This document shows positions 59,520-64,000 of a stretch of 64,000 nt of DNA, piece after piece. The notes beneath the pieces are model-generated. The model was given only the letters and a program-made list of their open reading frames with translations. It did no database searches and was not told the origin of the DNA. The position numbers were made by a program, and so were the translations under genes. The stretch's first letter is position 1; each line of letters begins with the position of its first letter. Origin of the DNA: Cyanobacteria bacterium P01_A01_bin.123 (GTDB taxonomy: Bacteria; Cyanobacteriota; Cyanobacteriia; Phormidesmidales; Phormidesmidaceae); contig JBCBZT010000015.1 in the NCBI GenBank assembly GCA_039815185.1, forward strand, positions 64,001-128,000, read 5' to 3'.

Positions 59520-60740
59520 CTAAGGGGCACATTTTTCTACACCTAGCCGTTGTTCACAGATTGCTTTTTCTGACGGATCTAAGTCCTCCCAGGCGATGTC
59601 GCGCCGCACCACCATGCCGTTGTGACCCACCAAAAATCTCGGCAACTGCTCATTTTCAATCAACTGCAACGTCTGCATGTCGTAGGTGGTATAGGTGGTC
59701 AACTCGGGCGTATCGAAGTTGATATCTACCAGGGTTAAGGCTTTCCACGGGGGCAAGCTGCTGTCAATTAACGGCCTTGGCCCCGATCCCAAAATGCCCG
59801 TGTGCAGAAGCTGTAAGTCTCCCCGATGGGCCGGATAGTAGGCATGGTGATGGCCGCTAATATACGTATGCACGTCATACTTTTCCAGCATGGCTCGCAA
59901 CTGGTCAGGATTCGCCATTACCTCCGCCGGATCGTTGCGGCCGACCGCCACGGCATATAGCGGGAGATGCCCCAAGAGCACACGCATTTTCGCCTGCTGA
60001 GCCGCTTCACTGGCTAGCGCTTGCTCGATCCAGGCTAGTTTTTCGGCGGGAATTTTATCGGATGACCCATCCCAAGCTAAAAAGAAAATGTCTTCATGCT
60101 CAAAGGTGTAATAGAAGGGGAATTCATAGCGATCGACAAATTGAACACCAGGGTCGTGATCTGGGTTGTCCCAATAAGCTTTAGTGATGTCTCGTTCCGT
60201 TTGAAAGAGAAACTGTCCGTTTAGCCCCAATGCACCCGAGGCATCATGGTTGCCCACTGTAAATCCATAGGGCAACTCCATTTCCCGTAGGCGGGATGCG
60301 ACATGCTGGTCGAAGCCGTCCCACATTTCTTGCATGCGTTGTTCGGTTAGGGTCAGGTCTTGTCCGGCCACCATATCCCCGCTACACACCACCATGTCGG
60401 GCTGCCAAAACGGGATTAAGGTCATGGCTTTGTCAATCTCTGGGTCGTAGTCGATGGAACCATAGGGGCCATTGAGATCGCTAATTACCATCAAGCGCAC
60501 ATCGCCGTGGGGCGGTTCGTATAGGCCATCAGCGCCTAAGCTATCGATGATGGCTTGGGTTTCTGGGGGGAGCGGTGTAGGGGCTGGGGTTTCTTCCTGG
60601 ACGGCCGATGGCTCAGGGTCTATTTGCACTTGATCTGGGTTCGATTCAGGCACTGGGGATTGAGGTGCTTGCTGGGAGCAGGACAGACTAAAGCTGAGGA
60701 TGAGTCCAGCCAGGAAGAGTAAAACGCGTCGCCAACCCAT
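59520..60740 (-). CDS. Lipoprotein metallophosphoesterase (calcineurin-like)
   Basis: Lipobox SLSC, SDLN, GDMV, GNHD, GHLP and GHHH. Confidence 0.88.
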   Translation of the reverse strand: MGWRRVLLFLAGLILSFSLSCSQQAPQSPVPESNPDQVQIDPEPSAVQEETPAPTPLPPETQAIIDSLGADGLYEPPHGDVRLMVISDLNGPYGSIDYDPEIDKAMTLIPFWQPDMVVCSGDMVAGQDLTLTEQRMQEMWDGFDQHVASRLREMELPYGFTVGNHDASGALGLNGQFLFQTERDITKAYWDNPDHDPGVQFVDRYEFPFYYTFEHEDIFFLAWDGSSDKIPAEKLAWIEQALASEAAQQAKMRVLLGHLPLYAVAVGRNDPAEVMANPDQLRAMLEKYDVHTYISGHHHAYYPAHRGDLQLLHTGILGSGPRPLIDSSLPPWKALTLVDINFDTPELTTYTTYDMQTLQLIENEQLPRFLVGHNGMVVRRDIAWEDLDPSEKAICEQRLGVEKCAP

Positions 60741-60881
60741 AGCTCAGGTGCTCCAGGAAAACTACACAGATAACCATAGTGGATACTGCGCGATTTGTAG
60801 TGCAGTGCCCAGTGAAAATTCTTGACCCAGCCTGGATGATCAATCGTGGCGATCGCCTTTAGCCGGGGTTATGTTAAAGCA

Positions 60882-61667
60882 ATGATCGATAAAAACAAAG
60901 AAATTTATACCACCGCCAGCGTTGTGTGGCACTATAAGCAACTCAGTCGGCTACAACCTGCTGAAAAGACAATTCTTGCGCGCTTCCAAGACCGATTGCC
61001 AACTATGAAAATGTTAGATATTGGCATTGGAGGAGGGCGCACAACGCAACACTTCGCGCCACTGGCTGCAGAATATACGGGTATAGATTACTCTACTGAG
61101 ATGATTGCAGCGTGTCAGCAGAGGTTTTTACACGCTCGTCAGTGTATGTCCCTAGAAGTTGGTGATGCCAGAAATCTGAGTCAGTTTTCAGATGATGCCT
61201 TTGATTTTATTTTGTTCAGCTTTAATGGGATTGACTCCGTTTCCCATACTGATCGATTACAAGTTTTTCAAGAGATACAGCGAATCGGTAAACCTGGCAG
61301 TTACTTTTTCTTTTCTAGCCATAATCTCCAAGGCATTGCTAGAGAGTTTGAGTATAAGCGGCAAATCAGTCTGAATCCGCTCAAAACCTATGCCAATCTT
61401 GTCATGTCAACACTGCTGAAGCTATTTAACGCGTCGATCACCCGCGATCAGCTTAGAACGGCTGATTATCTGATTCTCAAAGACGAAGCCCATAACTTTC
61501 GTCTCCAGACCTACTATATTCGACCCAAAGCGCAGATTAAACAATTAGCACCTCACTTCAATGATATTGAAATTTATTCGTGGAAGCGTGGCCTGAGAAT
61601 CTTAGACCCCTGTGAGCTATCTGCCAATTCTGAAATGTGGCTTTATTATCTTTGTGTAATTGATTAA
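60882..61667 (+). CDS. Class I SAM-dependent methyltransferase
   Basis: MLDIGIGGGRT, GIDYS, GDAR and FDFILFSFNGID. Confidence 0.9.
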   Translation: MIDKNKEIYTTASVVWHYKQLSRLQPAEKTILARFQDRLPTMKMLDIGIGGGRTTQHFAPLAAEYTGIDYSTEMIAACQQRFLHARQCMSLEVGDARNLSQFSDDAFDFILFSFNGIDSVSHTDRLQVFQEIQRIGKPGSYFFFSSHNLQGIAREFEYKRQISLNPLKTYANLVMSTLLKLFNASITRDQLRTADYLILKDEAHNFRLQTYYIRPKAQIKQLAPHFNDIEIYSWKRGLRILDPCELSANSEMWLYYLCVID

Positions 61668-61690
61668 GGGACAATCCCTCACCCCACCAG

Positions 61691-61732
61691 CCTGCCTGAC
61701 TTGGGCTGCCTGACTTGGCCTGCCTGGCTTGG
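61691..61732. repeat. 14-bp tandem repeat x3
   Basis: CCTGCCTGACTTGG / GCTGCCTGACTTGG / CCTGCCTGGCTTGG, between convergent genes. Confidence 0.8.
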
Positions 61733-61737
61733 GAGAA

Positions 61738-61956
61738 TTAGCCTTGCAACTGTTGAAAAGCGAGCTGAATTGTAGCCTTGGCATAGCGATCATGATTGTC
61801 TTCAGCTTTATTGCGCTCATATTGCAGGGCCATTGTCGCCACTCCCGCCCAGATCAAGGTAATCCCTCCCCAGAGGGCAAGATCCTTTAAGGTTAGCTGC
61901 GATAGCGATCGCAAGACTCTTTTGGGGATAGACCGCTTTTTTCTTCGATAGCTCAT
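61738..61956 (-). CDS. Hypothetical small single-TM protein
   Basis: Basic N-terminus MSYRRKKR and one hydrophobic segment. Confidence 0.5.
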   Translation of the reverse strand: MSYRRKKRSIPKRVLRSLSQLTLKDLALWGGITLIWAGVATMALQYERNKAEDNHDRYAKATIQLAFQQLQG

Positions 61957-62109
61957 TGTGAATAGTGATGTCTCATAAGGGGCTTTGTGACTCATTTTGC
62001 GTACCGAGCCATAGTCCCTCGGGACACCTGGGGCATCATTCACAGAACACTTATAGAACTGGGTGCTTCATGAAGGCGTTACAGATTGCCAAAAAGCTGC
62101 TCAACCATT

Positions 62110-62196
62110 AAATAACCCCGGCATTGTTGCCGGGGCGGTTTAGATAGAAGGATTATAGAGTTTTAAGTTTAAGGAGATGATGTTTCGCATCTGTTG
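62110..62196 (-). ncRNA. Candidate ~85-nt small RNA
   Basis: On the - strand: a TAGATT -10 box (62207-62202), an anti-SD-like CATCTCCTT, and the terminator CCCCGGCA-ACAA-TGCCGGGG-TTATTT. Confidence 0.5.
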
Positions 62197-62509
62197 TTAT
62201 TAATCTACGGGATAGCTCGTAAATCCGGAATAAATCATCCATAAAGTTTGTGATAAGTCCCGAAAATACCTCATTGTTGTAGATCACTGAGTCCTTGGCC
62301 TAAGGGATGGGAAAAGCATTGCAGCCGTTTATCTAACCTTTCACGATGGGAAAATAGGTGACGTTTGTCACCTGCTAACTGTAAGCACATGTGGCTAACA
62401 TAAGTTTTGGCAGGAACTTCAAGCCTTTAGGGATCCGCCAAACGCCACTGTCGAAGCTAACCCGGCCTGTCATTCGTTGTGTCTTTATAGATCGTTAGCA
62501 TCTACTGCT

Positions 62510-63703
62510 ATGCAGCTTTTCCGGCGATGTCCCATCCGTTTTTCTTTGCGTATCCTGCATGTGTTGGCATGGGGTGTCTTGAGTTTATCAGCCGCTTGTT
62601 CGAGCTTTTCGAGGGCTCAGGGTGAGTCCACGCCTACCTCAGAAGCAACGATGCCAGTATCGACGGTGGTCGCTCTGGGTCGCCTTGCCCCAGAAGGCGA
62701 AGTCATCAAGCTCTCGGTGCCCAATGCAGCAGATAGCCGCGTCAACCAGATTTTGGTAGCAGAGGGAGATTACGTAGAAGCGGGCCAGGTGATTGCTGTA
62801 TTGCAGGGGTTTGAGCGTCGGCAGCGGGATTTGGATGAAGCCCGGAAAACGGTTGAATTTTTCCAAGCCAAGCTCGATCAACTCAAGGCCGGGAGCGGCG
62901 GAGATGCGGAGGTCGCTGCCCAGGAAGCGACTGTTGCTCGTCTTCAGGCCCAGTTAAGGACTGAACAGCTAGAGCGGGAAGCGGCGATCGCCAGTGCAGA
63001 GGCCGAACTCCGACAGGCTCAACAAACCCACAGCCGCAATCTGGGCTTGTCAGAGGCTGGGGTGATTGCTCAGCAAGATCTAGATATTTCTCTGCAAACC
63101 CTGGAGACAGCCCAAGCGACTTTGGCTCAACGGCAAGCTCAACTGGCGAATACGGTGCAAACCGTTGAACAACAAATTGCCCAAGAGCGCAATAATCTGG
63201 TGCGGCTACGGGAGGTTCGCCCAGTCGATTTGCGGGTTGCCCAAGCTGAGCTAGATCGGGCGCAGATTGCGGTGGAACAACGCCGGGCAGATCTAGAAGA
63301 TACCCAGGTAAGGGTGCCGATTGCGGGACAAATTTTGCGCCTTAACACCCGCGTCGGAGAACAGGTCAATACTCAGGAGGGCATTGTCGAACTGGGTCGT
63401 ACTGAGCAAATGTATGCGATCGCAGAGGTGTATGAAACCGATATTACCCATGTGCGCGTGGGGCAAACGGCGACCATCACCAGCGAGTATGGTGGCTTTC
63501 AGGATGACGTCCGCGGCACGGTGGATCATGTCGGCTTACAGATTGGCAACCGTCAGCTCTCTGGCGGCTCCTCAGACCCCACCCAAGACGAGAACACCCG
63601 CGTTGTCGAAGTCAAAATCCGCATTACCCCTGAGGATAGCCAAAAGGTCACTAGCCTGACCAATATGCAAGTGCGCGTTGCGATTGATGTGTCTTCTCCA
63701 TAG
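62510..63703 (+). CDS. DevB-like ABC exporter membrane fusion protein (HlyD family)
   Basis: VALGRLAPEGEVIKLS, a coiled coil, AEVYETDI and RVVEVKI. Confidence 0.9.
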   Translation: MQLFRRCPIRFSLRILHVLAWGVLSLSAACSSFSRAQGESTPTSEATMPVSTVVALGRLAPEGEVIKLSVPNAADSRVNQILVAEGDYVEAGQVIAVLQGFERRQRDLDEARKTVEFFQAKLDQLKAGSGGDAEVAAQEATVARLQAQLRTEQLEREAAIASAEAELRQAQQTHSRNLGLSEAGVIAQQDLDISLQTLETAQATLAQRQAQLANTVQTVEQQIAQERNNLVRLREVRPVDLRVAQAELDRAQIAVEQRRADLEDTQVRVPIAGQILRLNTRVGEQVNTQEGIVELGRTEQMYAIAEVYETDITHVRVGQTATITSEYGGFQDDVRGTVDHVGLQIGNRQLSGGSSDPTQDENTRVVEVKIRITPEDSQKVTSLTNMQVRVAIDVSSP

Positions 63704-63706
63704 CCG

Positions 63707-64000
63707 ATGAAACTCCCGTTGCTTCAGCCCCTACTCGATCGCTTCCGTTACAACCGTCCCTTGGGATGGGCGCAACTGTCCCACCAAAAGACCCGCTTAA
63801 TTGTGGCGCTGACCGGGGTGGCGTTTTCCAACATTCTCATCTTTACCCAGTTAGGCTTGCGGGCGCTGCTGTTTGAAGGCATTACCCTACTCCCAGAAGC
63901 CCTCGATGGTGACCTATTCATGATGTCGGCCTTCGCTCCGACCATTGACTTCGGTTCTTTCCCTCGGGTGTATCTCTATCAAGCTGATGCGGTTGAGGGC
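63707..64000 (+). CDS. DevC-like ABC exporter permease (runs off the window)
   Basis: Hand translation gives MKLPLLQ...PLGWAQLSHQKTRLIVALTGVAFSNILIFTQLG. Confidence 0.85.
   Translation, partial: MKLPLLQPLLDRFRYNRPLGWAQLSHQKTRLIVALTGVAFSNILIFTQLGLRALLFEGITLLPEALDGDLFMMSAFAPTIDFGSFPRVYLYQADAVEG

Noticed and set aside
62171..62203. Tiny + strand ORF MMFRICCY after AAGGAG
   Set aside because: The RBS-to-start spacing is only 0-3 nt; the promoter and terminator orientation favour a - strand RNA.
1..64000. Numerous antisense/overlapping ORFs of 60-190 aa and the frequent GCGATCGC octamer
   Set aside because: The ORFs are shadows of well-supported genes, and HIP1 enrichment is a known general cyanobacterial trait. 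No tRNA, rRNA, transposase or CRISPR array was recognised.

Overview
64 kb of chromosomal DNA from a filamentous beta-cyanobacterium. Evidence for this is the frequent HIP1 octamer GCGATCGC, form IB rbcL-rbcX-rbcS and the fraCDE septal genes; a Leptolyngbya/Nodosilinea-like, probably salt-tolerant lineage is inference. Most of the window is housekeeping: recO, rre1/ycf29, phosphoglucomutase, fghA, sdhB, M17 peptidase, rbcLXS, mfd, mgdE, pgi, pstSCA and devBC-like genes. The top finding is at 45.3-47.0 kb: two tandem, mutually homologous threonine leader-peptide attenuators (Thr-rich mini-ORF, antiterminator, intrinsic terminator) sit upstream of a ThrRS that lacks its TGS and editing domains. 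This looks like an auxiliary ThrRS induced by shortage of Thr-tRNA. Also notable are a ProX-betaine-binding/GluR0 K+-channel fusion whose ligand Arg is missing, an AraC-linked divergent NdhH, a tandem histidine phosphatase pair with one His->Asn copy, a CBS/two-CBCR hybrid kinase, a ~105-bp dispersed two-hairpin element (5 copies), unannotated microproteins including a probable AtpTheta, and a candidate sRNA. All calls were made by eye; no database searches or folding programs were run.
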